Assembly: GCA_964057225.1 (NCBI GenBank) | Contig: CAXKVF010000087.1 | Location: forward strand, 1 to 64,000 | DNA from: Auanema rhodensis | Lineage: Eukaryota > Animalia > Nematoda | Reading direction: 5' to 3' | DNA length: 64,000 nt | Shown here: piece after piece, positions 24,801-39,094 of the stretch | Numbering within the stretch: position 1 is the first letter of the stretch | Layout: each line of letters begins with the position of its first letter | Translations under genes and position numbers: made by a program | The notes under the pieces: generated by a model | Seen by the model: the letters and a program-made list of their open reading frames with translations, nothing else | What the model was told of the DNA's origin: nothing | Databases searched by the model: none

Positions 24801-27800
24801 GCACTTGGTATGTAACTCGCTTCACGTAAAAGATAAGGAGATGCGGTTTTCAAAATTAGATTCCCCATGTCCATATTAGTCTAAAAACAAATTTTTATTG
24901 ATATTGGTTCATGGTAACCATGACTTTGAAATTTACGTGAACTTTAATTTATGCTAATTAAATGTACACGTGATGTGCACTTGGTATGTAACTCGCTTCA
25001 CGTGAAAGATAAAGAGATGCGGTTTTCAAAATTAGATTCCCCATGTCCATATTAGTCTAAAAACAAATTTTTATTGATATTGGTTCATGGTAACCATGAC
25101 TTTGAAATTTACGTGAACTTTAATTTATGCTAATTAAATGTACACGTGATGTGCACTTGGTATGTAACTCGCTTCACGTGAAAGATAAAGAGATGCGGTT
25201 TTCAAAATTAGATTCCCCATGTCCATATTAGTCTAAAAACAAATTTTTATTGATATTGGTGCATGGTAACCATGACTTTGAAATTTACGTGAACTTTAAT
25301 TTATGCTAATTAAATGTACACGTGATGTGCACTTGGTATGTAACTCGCTTCACGTGAAAGATAAAGAGATGCGGTTTTCAAAATTAGATTCCCCATGTCC
25401 ATATTAGTTTAAAAACAAATTTTTATTGATATTGGTGCATGGTAACCATGACTTTGAAATTTACGTGAACTTTAATTTATGCTAATTAAATGTACACGTG
25501 ATTTGCACTTGGTATGTAACTCGCTTCACGTGAAAGATAAAGAGATGCGGTTTTCAAAATTAGATTCCCCATGTCCATATTAGTCTAAAAACAAATTTTT
25601 ATTGATATTGGTTCATGGTAACCATGACTTTGAAATTTACGTGAACTTTAATTTATGCTAATTAAATGTACACGTGATGTGCACTTAGTATGTAACTCGC
25701 TTCACGTGAAAGATAAAGAGATGCGGTTTTCAAAATTAGATTCCCCATGTCCATATTAGTCTAAAAACAAATTTTTATTGATATTGGTGCATGGTAACCA
25801 TGACTTTGAAATTTACGTGAACTTTAATTTATGCTAATTAAATGTACACGTGATGTGCACTTGGTATGTAACTCGCTTCACGTGAAAGATAAAGAGATGC
25901 GGTTTTCAAAATTAGATTCCCCATGTCCATATTAGTCTAAAAACAAATTTTTATTGATATTGGTTCATGGTAACCATGACTTTGAAATTTACGTGAACTT
26001 TAATTTATGCTAATTAAATGTACACGTGATGTGCACTTGGTATGTAACTCGCTTCACGTGAAATATAAAGAGATGCGGTTTTCAAAATTAGATTCCCCAT
26101 GTCCATATTAGTCTAAAAACAAATTTTTATTGATATTGGTTCATGGTAACCATGACTTTGAAATTTACGTGAACTTTAATTAATGCTAATTAAATGTACA
26201 CGTGATGTGCACTTGGTATGTAACTCGCTTCACGTGAAAGATAAAGAGATGCGGTTTTCAAAATTAGATTCCCCATGTCCATATTAGTCTAAAAACAAAT
26301 TTTTATTGATATTGGTGCATGGTAACCATGACTTTGAAATTTACGTGAACTTTAATTTATGCTAATTAAATGTACACGTGATGTGCACTTGGTATGTAAC
26401 TCGCTTCACGTGAAAGATAAGGAGATGCGGTTTTCAAAATTAGATTCGCCATGTCCATATTAGTCTACAAACAAATTTTTATTGATATTGGTGCATGGTA
26501 ACCATGACTTTGAAATTTACGTGAACTTTAATTTATGCTAATTAAATGTACACGTGATGTGCACTTGGTATGTAACTCGCTTCACGTGAAAGATAAAGAG
26601 ATGCGGTTTTCAAAATTAGATTCCCCATGTCCATATTAGTCTAAAAACAAATTTTTATTGATATTGGTGCATGGTAACCATGACTTTGAAATTTACGTGA
26701 ACTTTAATTTATGCTAATTAAATGTACACGTGATGTGCACTTGGTATGTAACTCGCTTCACGTGAAAGATAAGGAGATGCGGTTTTCAAAATTAGATTCC
26801 CCATGTCCATATTAGTCTAAAAACAAATTTTTATTGATATTGGTTCATGGTAACCATGACTTTGAAATTTACGTGAACTTTAATTTATGCTAATTAAATG
26901 TACACGTGATGTGCACTTGGTATGTAACTCGCTTCACGTGAAAGATAAAGAGATGCGGTTTTCAAAATTAGATTCCCCATGTCCATATTAGTCTAAAAAC
27001 AAATTTTTATTGATATTGGTTCATGGTAACCATGACTTTGAAATTTACGTGAACTTTAATTTATGCTAATTAAATGTACACGTGATGTGCACTTGGTATG
27101 TAACTCGCTTCACGTGAAAGATAAAGAGATGCGGTTTTCAAAATTAGATTCCCCATGTCCATATTAGTCTAAAAACAAATTTTTATTGATATTGGTGCAT
27201 GGTAACCATGACTTTGAAATTTACGTGAACTTTAATTTATGCTAATTAAATGTACACGTGATGTGCACTTGGTATGTAACTCGCTTCACGTGAAAGATAA
27301 AGAGATGCGGTTTTCAAAATTAGATTCCCCATGTCCATATTAGTTTAAAAACAAATTTTTATTGATATTGGTGCATGGTAACCATGACTTTGAAATTTAC
27401 GTGAACTTTAATTTATGCTAATTAAATGTACACGTGATTTGCACTTGGTATGTAACTCGCTTCACGTGAAAGATAAAGAGATGCGGTTTTCAAAATTAGA
27501 TTCCCCATGTCCATATTAGTCTAAAAACAAATTTTTATTGATATTGGTTCATGGTAACCATGACTTTGAAATTTACGTGAACTTTAATTTATGCTAATTA
27601 AATGTACACGTGATGTGCACTTAGTATGTAACTCGCTTCACGTGAAAGATAAAGAGATGCGGTTTTCAAAATTAGATTCCCCATGTCCATATTAGTCTAA
27701 AAACAAATTTTTATTGATATTGGTGCATGGTAACCATGACTTTGAAATTTACGTGAACTTTAATTTATGCTAATTAAATGTACACGTGATGTGCACTTGG

Positions 27801-27941
27801 TATGTAACTCGCTTCACGTGAAAGATAAAGAGATGCGGTTTTCAAAATTAGATTCCCCATGTCCATATTAGTCTAAAAACAAATTTTTATTGATATTGGT
27901 TCATGGTAACCATGACTTTGAAATTTACGTGAACTTTAATT
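21846..27941 (+). repeat. About 3 tandem copies of an 11-monomer higher-order unit (1936 bp)
   Basis: AAATATAAAG at 22192/24128/26064, ATTCGCC at 22576/24512/26448, GATTTGCAC at ~23567/25503/27439. Confidence 0.92.
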
Positions 27942-28544
27942 AATGCTAATTAAATGTACACGTGATGTGCACTTGGTATGTAACTCGCTTCACGTGAAAG
28001 ATAAAGAGATGCGGTTTTCAAAATTAGATTCCCCATGTCCATATTAGTCTAAAAACAAATTTTTATTGGTATTGGTGCATGGTAACCATGACTTTGAAAT
28101 TTACGTGAACTTTAATTTATGCTAATTAAATGTACACGTGATGTGCACTTGGTATGTAACTCGCTTCACGTGAAAGATAAAGAGATGCGGTTTTCAAAAT
28201 TAGATTCCCCATGTCCATATTAGTCTAAAAACAAATTTTTATTGATATTGGTGCATGGTAACCATGACTTTGAAATTTACGTGAACTTTAATTTATGCTA
28301 ATTAAATGTACACGTGATGTGCACTTGGTATGTAACTCGCTTCACGTGAAAGATAAGGAGATGCGGTTTTCAAAATTAGATTCCCCATGTCCATATTAGT
28401 CTAAAAACAAATTTTTATTGATATTGGTGCATGGTAACCATGACTTTGAAATTTACGTGAACTTTAATTTATGCTCATTAAATGTACACGTGATGTGCAC
28501 TTGGTATGTAACTCGCTTCACGTGAAAGATAAAGAGATGCGGTA

Positions 28545-31285
28545 TTCAAAATTAGATTCCCCATGTCCATATTAGTCTAAAAACAAATTTTTATTGATAT
28601 TGGTTCATGGTAACCATGACTTTGAAATTTACGTGAACTTTAATTTATGCTAATTAAATGTACACGTGATGTGCACTTGGTATGTAACTCGCTTCACGTG
28701 AAAGATAAAGAGATGCGGTTTTCAAAATTAGATTCCCCATGTCCATATTAGTCTAAAAACAAATTTTTATTGATATTGGTTCATGGTAACCATGACTTTG
28801 AAATTTACGTGAACTTTAATTTATGCTAATTAAATGTACACGTGATGTGCACTTGGTATGTAACTCGCTTCACGTGAAATATAAAGAGATGCGGTTTTCA
28901 AAATTAGATTCCCCATGTCCATATTAGTCTAAAAACAAATTTTTATTGATATTGGTTCATGGTAACCATGACTTTGAAATTTACGTGAACTTTAATTAAT
29001 GCTAATTAAATGTACACGTGATGTGCACTCGGTATGTAACTCGCTTCACGTGAAAGATAAAGAGATGCGGTTTTCAAAATTAGATTCCCCATGTCCATAT
29101 TAGTCTAAAAACAAATTTTTATTGATATTGGTGCATGGTAACCATGACTTTGAAATTTACGTGAACTTTAATTTATGCTAATTAAATGTACACGTGATGT
29201 GCACTTGGTATGTAACTCGCTTCACGTGAAAGATAAGGAGATGCGGTTTTCAAAATTAGATTCGCCATGTCCATAATAGTCTAAAAACAAATTTTTATTG
29301 ATATTGGTGCATGGTAACCATGACTTTGAAATTTACGTGAACTTTAATTTATGCTAATTAAATGTACACGTGATGTGCACTTGGTATGTAACTCGCTTCA
29401 CGTGAAAGATAAAGAGATGCGGTTTTCAAAATTAGATTCCCCATGTCCATATTAGTCTAAAAACAAATTTTTATTGATATTGGTTCATGGTAACCATGAC
29501 TTTGAAATTTACGTGAACTTTAATTTATGCTAATTAAATGTACACGTGATGTGCACTTGGTATGTAACTCGCTTCACGTGAAAGATAAAGAGATGCGGTT
29601 TTCAAAATTAGATTCCCCATGTCCATATTAGTCTAAAAACAAATTTTTATTGATATTGGTGCATGGTAACCATGACTTTGAAATTTACGTGAACTTTAAT
29701 TTATGCTAATTAAATGTACACGTGATGTGCACTTGGTATGTAACTCGCTTCACGTGAAAGATAAGGAGATGCGGTTTTCAAAATTAGATTCCCCATGTCC
29801 ATATTAGTCTAAAAACAAATTTTTATTGATATTGGTTCATGGTAACCATGACTTTGAAATTTACGTGAACTTTAATTTATGCTAATTAAATGTACACGTG
29901 ATGTGCACTTGGTATGTAACTCGCTTCACGTGAAAGATAAAGAGATGCGGTTTTCAAAATTAGATTCCCCATGTCCATATTAGTCTAAAAACAAATTTTT
30001 ATTGATATTGGTTCATGGTAACCATGACTTTGAAATTTACGTGAACTTTAATTTATGCTAATTAAATGTACACGTGATGTGCACTTGGTATGTAACTCGC
30101 TTCACGTGAAATATAAAGAGATGCGGTTTTCAAAATTAGATTCCCCATGTCCATATTAGTCTAAAAACAAATTTTTATTGATATTGGTTCATGGTAACCA
30201 TGACTTTGAAATTTACGTGAACTTTAATTAATGCTAATTAAATGTACACGTGATGTGCACTCGGTATGTAACTCGCTTCACGTGAAAGATAAAGAGATGC
30301 GGTTTTCAAAATTAGATTCCCCATGTCCATATTAGTCTAAAAACAAATTTTTATTGATATTGGTGCATGGTAACCATGACTTTGAAATTTACGTGAACTT
30401 TAATTTATGCTAATTAAATGTACACGTGATGTGCACTTGGTATGTAACTCGCTTCACGTGAAAGATAAGGAGATGCGGTTTTCAAAATTAGATTCGCCAT
30501 GTCCATAATAGTCTAAAAACAAATTTTTATTGATATTGGTGCATGGTAACCATGACTTTGAAATTTACGTGAACTTTAATTTATGCTAATTAAATGTACA
30601 CGTGATGTGCACTTGGTATGTAACTCGCTTCACGTGAAAGATAAAGAGATGCGGTTTTCAAAATTAGATTCCCCATGTCCATATTAGTCTAAAAACAAAT
30701 TTTTATTGATATTGGTTCATGGTAACCATGACTTTGAAATTTACGTGAACTTTAATTTATGCTAATTAAATGTACACGTGATGTGCACTTGGTATGTAAC
30801 TCGCTTCACGTGAAAGATAAAGAGATGCGGTTTTCAAAATTAGATTCCCCATGTCCATATTAGTCTAAAAACAAATTTTTATTGATATTGGTGCATGGTA
30901 ACCATGACTTTGAAATTTACGTGAACTTTAATTTATGCTAATTAAATGTACACGTGATGTGCACTTGGTATGTAACTCGCTTCACGTGAAAGATAAGGAG
31001 ATGCGGTTTTCAAAATTAGATTCCCCATGTCCATATTAGTCTAAAAACAAATTTTTATTGATATTGGTTCATGGTAACCATGACTTTGAAATTTACGTGA
31101 ACTTTAATTTATGCTAATTAAATGTACACGTGATGTGCACTTGGTATGTAACTCGCTTCACGTGAAAGATAAAGAGATGCGGTTTTCAAAATTAGATTCC
31201 CCATGTCCATATTAGTCTAAAAACAAATTTTTATTGATATTGGTTCATGGTAACCATGACTTTGAAATTTACGTGAACTTTAATT
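28545..31285 (+). repeat. About 2 tandem copies of a 7-monomer unit (1232 bp)
   Basis: Shared variants at 28880/30112, 29030/30262 (CACTCGG) and 29264/30496 (TTCGCCATGTCCATAATA). Confidence 0.9.
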
Positions 31286-33298
31286 AATGCTAATTAAATG
31301 TACACGTGATGTGCACTTGGTATGTAACTCGCTTCACGTGAAAGATAAAGAGATGCGGTTTTCAAAATTAGATTCCCCATGTCCATATTAGTCTAAAAAC
31401 AAATTTTTATTGATATTGGTGCATGGTAACCATGACTTTGAAATTTACGTGAACTTTAATTTATGCTAATTAAATGTACATGTGATGTGCACTTGGTATG
31501 TAACTCGCTTCACGTGAAAGATAAGGAGATGCGGTTTTCAAAATTAGATTCCCCATGTCCATATTAGTCTAAAAACAAATTTTTATTGATATTGGTGCAT
31601 GGTAACCATGACTTTGAAATTTACGTGAACTTTAATTTATGCTAATTAAATGTACACGTGATGTGCACTTGGTATGTAACTCGCTTCACGTGAAAGATAA
31701 AGAGATGCGGTTTTCAAAATTAGATTCCCCATGTCCATATTAGTCTAAAAACAAATTTTTATTGATATTGGTTCATAGTAACCATGACTTTGAAATTTAC
31801 GTGAACTTTAATTTATGCTAATTAAATGTACACGTGATGTGCACTTGGTATGTAACTCGCTTCACGTGAAATATAAAGAGATGCGGTTTTCAAAATTAGA
31901 TTCCCCATGTCCATATTAGTCTAAAAACAAATTTTTATTGATATTGGTTCATGGTAACCATGACTTTGAAATTTACGTGAACTTTAATTAATGCTAATTA
32001 AATGTACACGTGATGTGCACTTGGTATGTAACTCGCTTCACGTGAAAGATAAAGAGATGCGGTTTTCAAAATTAGATTCCTTATGTCCATATTAGTCTAA
32101 AAACAAATTTTTATTGATATTGGTGCATGGTAACCATGACTTTGAAATTTACGTGAACTTTAATTAATGCTAATTAAATGTACACGTGATGTGCACTTGG
32201 TATGTAACTCGCTTCAGGTGAAAGATAAGGAGATGCGGTTTTCAAAATTAGATTCGCCATGTCCATATTAGTCTAAAAACAAATTTTTATTGATATTGGT
32301 GCATGGTAACCATGACTTTGAAATTTACGTGAACTTTAATTTATGCTAATTAAATGTACACGTGATGTGCACTTGGTATGTAACTCGCTTCACGTGAAAG
32401 ATAAAGAGATGCGGTTTTCAAAATTAGATTCCCCATGTCCATATTAGTCTAAAAACAAATTTTTATTGATATTGGTTCATGGTAACCATGACTTTGAAAT
32501 TTACGTGAACTTTAATTTATGCTAATTAAATGTACACGTGATGTGCACTTGGTATGTAACTCGCTTCACGTGAAAGATAAAGAGATGCGGTTTTCAAAAT
32601 TAGATTCCCCATGTCCATATTAGTCTAAAAACAAATTTTTATTGATATTGGTTCATGGTAACCATGACTTTGAAATTTACGTGAACTTTAATTTATGCTA
32701 ATTAAATGTACACGTGATGTGCACTTGGTATGTAACTCGCTTCACGTGAAAGATAAAGAGATGCGGTTTTCAAAATTAGATTCCCCATGTCCATATTAGT
32801 CTAAAAACAAATTTTTATTGATATTGGTGCATGGTAACCATGACTTTGAAATTTACGTGAACTTTAATTTATGCTAATTAAATGTACACGTGATGTGCAC
32901 TTGGTATGTAACTCGCTTCACGTGAAAGATAAAGAGATGCGGTTTTCAAAATTAGATTCCCCATGTCCATATTAGTTTAAAAACAAATTTTTATTGATAT
33001 TGGTGCATGGTAACCATGACTTTGAAATTTACGTGAACTTTAATTTATGCTAATTAAATGTACACGTGATTTGCACTTGGTATGTAACTCGCTTCACGTG
33101 AAAGATAAAGAGATGCGGTTTTCAAAATTAGATTCCCCATGTCCATATTAGTCTAAAAACAAATTTTTATTGATATTGGTTCATGGTAACCATGACTTTG
33201 AAATTTACGTGAACTTTAATTTATGCTAATTAAATGTACACGTGATGTGCACTTGGTATGTAACTCGCTTCACGTGAAAGATAAAGAGATGCGGTTTT

Positions 33299-36200
33299 CA
33301 AAATTAGATTCCCCATGTCCATATTAGTCTAAAAACAAATTTTTATTGATATTGGTTCATGGTAACCATGACTTTGAAATTTACGTGAACTTTAATTTAT
33401 GCTAATTAAATGTACACGTGATGTGCACTTGGTATGTAACTCGCTTCACGTGAAAGATAAAGAGATGCGGTTTTCAAAATTAGATTCCCCATGTCCATAT
33501 TAGTCTAAAAACAAATTTTTATTGATATTGGTGCATGGTAACCATGACTTTGAAATTTACGTGAACTTTAATTTATGCTAATTAAATGTACACGTGATGT
33601 GCACTTGGTATGTAACTCGCTTCACGTGAAAAATGAAGAGATGCGGTTTTCAAAATTAGATTCCCCATGTCCATATTAGTCTAAAAACAAATTTTTATTG
33701 ATATTGGTGCATGGTAACCATGACTTTGAAATTTACGTGAACTTTAATTTATGCTAATTAAATGTACACGTGATGTGCACTTGGTATGTAACTCGCTTCA
33801 CGTGAAAGATAAGGAGATGCGGTTTTCAAAATTAGATTCCCCATGTCCATATTAGTCTAAAAACAAATTTTTATTGATATTGGTGCATGGTAACCATGAC
33901 TTTGAAATTTACGTGAACTTTAATTTATGCTAATTAAATGTACACGTGATGTGCACTTGGTATGTAACTCGCTTCACGTGAAAGATAAAGAGATGCGGTT
34001 TTCAAAATTAGATTCCCCATGTCCATATTAGTCTAAAAACAAATTTTTATTGATATTGGTTCATGGTAACCATGACTTTGAAATTTACGTGAACTTTAAT
34101 TTATGCTAATTAAATGTACACGTGATGTGCACTTGGTATGTAACTCGCTTCACGTGAAAGATAAAGAGATGCGGTTTTCAAAATTAGATTCCCCATGTCC
34201 ATATTAGTCTAAAAACAAATTTTTATTGATATTGGTTCATGGTAACCATGACTTTGAAATTTACGTGAACTTTAATTTATGCTAATTAAATGTACACGTG
34301 ATGTGCACTTGGTATGTAACTCGCTTCACGTGAAAGTTAAAGAGATGCGGTTTTCAAAATTAGATTCCCCATGTCCATATTAGTCTAAAAACAAATGTTT
34401 ATTGATATTGGTGCATGGTAACCATGACTTTGAAATTTACGTGAACTTTAATTTATGCTAATTAAATGTACACGTGATGTGCACTTGGTATGTAACTCGC
34501 TTCACGTGAAAGATAAAGAGATGCGGTTTTCAAAATTAGATTCCCCATGTCCATATTAGTTTAAAAACAAATTTTTATTGATATTGGTGCATGGTAACCA
34601 TGACTTTGAAATTTACGTGAACTTTAATTTATGCTAATTAAATGTACACGTGATGTGCACTTGGTATGTAACTCGCTTCACGTGAAAAATGAAGAGATGC
34701 GGTTTTCAAAATTAGATTCCCCATGTCCATATTAGTCTAAAAACAAATTGTTATTGATATTGGTTCATGGTAACCATGACTTTGAAATTTACGTGAACTT
34801 TAATTTATGCTAATTAAATGTACACGTGATGTGCACTTGGTATGTAACTCGCTTCACGTGAAAGATAAAGAGATGCGGTTTTCAAAATTAGATTCCCCAT
34901 GTCCATATTAGTCTAAAAACAAATTTTTATTGATATTGGTGCATGGTAACCATGACTTTGAAATTTACGTGAACTTTAATTTATGCTAATTAAATGTACA
35001 CGTGATGTGCACTTGGTATGTAACTCGCTTCACGTGAAAGATAAAGAGATGCGGTTTTCAAAATTAGATTCCCCATGTCCATATTAGTTTAAAAACAAAT
35101 TTTTATTGATATTGGTGCATGGTAACCATGACTTTGAAATTTACGTGAACTTTAATTTATGCTAATTAAATGTACACGTGATGTGCACTTGGTATGTAAC
35201 TCGCTTCACGTGAAAGATAAAGAGATGCGGTTTTCAAAATTAGATTCCCCATGTCCATATTAGTCTAAAAACAAATTTTTATTGATATTGGTGCATGGTA
35301 ACCATGACTTTGAAATTTACGTGAACTTTAATTTATGCTAATTAAATGTACACGTGATGTGCACTTGGTATGTAACTCGCTTCACGTGAAAAATGAAGAG
35401 ATGCGGTTTTCAAAATTAGATTCCCCATGTCCATATTAGTCTAAAAACAAATTTTTATTGATATTGGTGCATGGTAACCATGACTTTGAAATTTACTTGA
35501 ACTTTAATTTATGCTAATTAAATGTACACGTGATGTGCACTTGGTATGTAACTCGCTTCACGTGAAAGATAAGGAGATGCGGTTTTCAAAATTAGATTCC
35601 CCATGTCCATATTAGTCTAAAAACAAATTTTTATTGATATTGGTGCATGGTAACCATGACTTTGAAATTTACGTGAACTTTAATTTATGCTAATTAAATG
35701 TACACGTGATGTGCACTTGGTATGTAACTCGCTTCACGTGAAAGATAAAGAGATGCGGTTTACAAAATTAGATTCCCCATGTCCATATTAGTCTAAAAAC
35801 AAATTTTTATTGATATTGGTTCATGGTAACCATGACTTTGAAATTTACGTGAACTTTAATTTATGCTAATTAAATGTACACGTGATGTGCACTTGGTATG
35901 TAACTCGCTTCACGTGAAAGATAAAGAGATGCGGTTTTCAAAATTAGATTCCCCATGTCCATATTAGTCTAAAAACAAATTTTTATTGATATTGGTGCAT
36001 GGTAACCATGACTTTGAAATTTACGTGAACTTTAATTTATGCTAATTAAATGTACACGTGATGTGCACTTGGTATGTAACTCGCTTCACGTGAAAAATGA
36101 AGAGATGCGGTTTTCAAAATTAGATTCCCCATGTCCATATTAGTCTAAAAACAAATTTTTATTGATATTGGTGCATGGTAACCATGACTTTGAAATTTAC

Positions 36201-38460
36201 GTGAACTTTAATTTATGCTAATTAAATGTACACGTGATGTGCACTTGGTATGTAACTCGCTTCACGTGAAAGATAAGGAGATGCGGTTTTCAAAATTAGA
36301 TTCCCCATGTCCATATTAGTCTAAAAACAAATTTTTATTGATATTGGTGCATGGTAACCATGACTTTGAAATTTACGTGAACTTTAATTTATGCTAATTA
36401 AATGTACACGTGATGTGCACTTGGTATGTAACTCGCTTCACGTGAAAGATAAAGAGATGCGGTTTTCAAAATTAGATTCCCCATGTCCATATTAGTCTAA
36501 AAACAAATTTTTATTGATATTGGTTCATGGTAACCATGACTTTGAAATTTACGTGAACTTTAATTTATGCTAATTAAATGTACACGTGATGTGCACTTGG
36601 TATGTAACTCGCTTCACGTGAAAGATAAAGAGATGCGGTTTTCAAAATTAGATTCCCCATGTCCATATTAGTCTAAAAACAAATTTTTATTGATATTGGT
36701 TCATGGTAACCATGACTTTGAAATTTACGTGAACTTTAATTTATGCTAATTAAATGTACACGTGATGTGCACTTGGTATGTAACTCGCTTCACGTGAAAG
36801 TTAAAGAGATGCGGTTTTCAAAATTAGATTCCCCATGTCCATATTAGTCTAAAAACAAATGTTTATTGATATTGGTGCATGGTAACCATGACTTTGAAAT
36901 TTACGTGAACTTTAATTTATGCTAATTAAATGTACACGTGATGTGCACTTGGTATGTAACTCGCTTCACGTGAAAGATAAAGAGATGCGGTTTTCAAAAT
37001 TAGATTCCCCATGTCCATATTAGTTTAAAAACAAATTTTTATTGATATTGGTGCATGGTAACCATGACTTTGAAATTTACGTGAACTTTAATTTATGCTA
37101 ATTAAATGTACACGTGATGTGCACTTGGTATGTAACTCGCTTCACGTGAAAAATGAAGAGATGCGGTTTTCAAAATTAGATTCCCCATGTCCATATTAGT
37201 CTAAAAACAAATTGTTATTGATATTGGTTCATGGTAACCATGACTTTGAAATTTACGTGAACTTTAATTTATGCTAATTAAATGTACACGTGATGTGCAC
37301 TTGGTATGTAACTCGCTTCACGTGAAAGATAAAGAGATGCGGTTTTCAAAATTAGATTCCCCATGTCCATATTAGTCTAAAAACAAATTTTTATTGATAT
37401 TGGTGCATGGTAACCATGACTTTGAAATTTACGTGAACTTTAATTTATGCTAATTAAATGTACACGTGATGTGCACTTGGTATGTAACTCGCTTCACGTG
37501 AAAGATAAAGAGATGCGGTTTTCAAAATTAGATTCCCCATGTCCATATTAGTTTAAAAACAAATTTTTATTGATATTGGTGCATGGTAACCATGACTTTG
37601 AAATTTACGTGAACTTTAATTTATGCTAATTAAATGTACACGTGATGTGCACTTGGTATGTAACTCGCTTCACGTGAAAGATAAAGAGATGCGGTTTTCA
37701 AAATTAGATTCCCCATGTCCATATTAGTCTAAAAACAAATTTTTATTGATATTGGTGCATGGTAACCATGACTTTGAAATTTACGTGAACTTTAATTTAT
37801 GCTAATTAAATGTACACGTGATGTGCACTTGGTATGTAACTCGCTTCACGTGAAAAATGAAGAGATGCGGTTTTCAAAATTAGATTCCCCATGTCCATAT
37901 TAGTCTAAAAACAAATTTTTATTGATATTGGTGCATGGTAACCATGACTTTGAAATTTACTTGAACTTTAATTTATGCTAATTAAATGTACACGTGATGT
38001 GCACTTGGTATGTAACTCGCTTCACGTGAAAGATAAGGAGATGCGGTTTTCAAAATTAGATTCCCCATGTCCATATTAGTCTAAAAACAAATTTTTATTG
38101 ATATTGGTGCATGGTAACCATGACTTTGAAATTTACGTGAACTTTAATTTATGCTAATTAAATGTACACGTGATGTGCACTTGGTATGTAACTCGCTTCA
38201 CGTGAAAGATAAAGAGATGCGGTTTACAAAATTAGATTCCCCATGTCCATATTAGTCTAAAAACAAATTTTTATTGATATTGGTTCATGGTAACCATGAC
38301 TTTGAAATTTACGTGAACTTTAATTTATGCTAATTAAATGTACACGTGATGTGCACTTGGTATGTAACTCGCTTCACGTGAAAGATAAAGAGATGCGGTT
38401 TTCAAAATTAGATTCCCCATGTCCATATTAGTCTAAAAACAAATTTTTATTGATATTGGT
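33299..38460 (+). repeat. Two tandem copies of a 14-monomer unit (2464 bp)
   Basis: Shared variants at ~33632/36096, 34337/36801, 34397/36861, 35497/37961 (TTACTTGA), 35762/38226 (GTTTACAA). Confidence 0.9.
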
Positions 38461-39094
38461 TCATGGTAACCATGACTTTGAAATTTACGTGAACTTTAAT
38501 TTATGCTAATTAAATGTACACGTGATGTGCACTTGGTATGTAACTCGCTTCACGTGAAAGTTAAAGAGATGCGGTTTTCAAAATTAGATTCCCCATGTCC
38601 ATATTAGTCTAAAAACAAATTTTTATTGATATTGGTGCATGGTAACCATGACTTTGAAATTTACGTGAACTTTAATTTATGCTAATTAAATGTACACGTG
38701 ATGTGCACTTGGTATGTAACTCGCTTCACGTGAAAGATAAAGAGATGCGGTTTTCAAAATTAGATTCCCCATGTCCATATTAGTTTAAAAACAAATTTTT
38801 ATTGATATTGGTGCATGGTAACCATGACTTTGAAATTTACGTGAACTTTAATTTATGCTAATTAAATGTACACGTGATGTGCACTTGGTATGTAACTCGC
38901 TTCACGTGAAAAATGAAGAGATGCGGTTTTCAAAATTAGATTCCCCATGTCCATATTAGTCTAAAAACAAATTTTTATTGATATTGGTTCATGGTAACCA
39001 TGACTTTGAAATTTACGTGAACTTTAATTTATGCTAATTAAATGTACACGTGATGTGCACTTGGTATGTAACTCGCTTCACGTGAAAGATAAGA

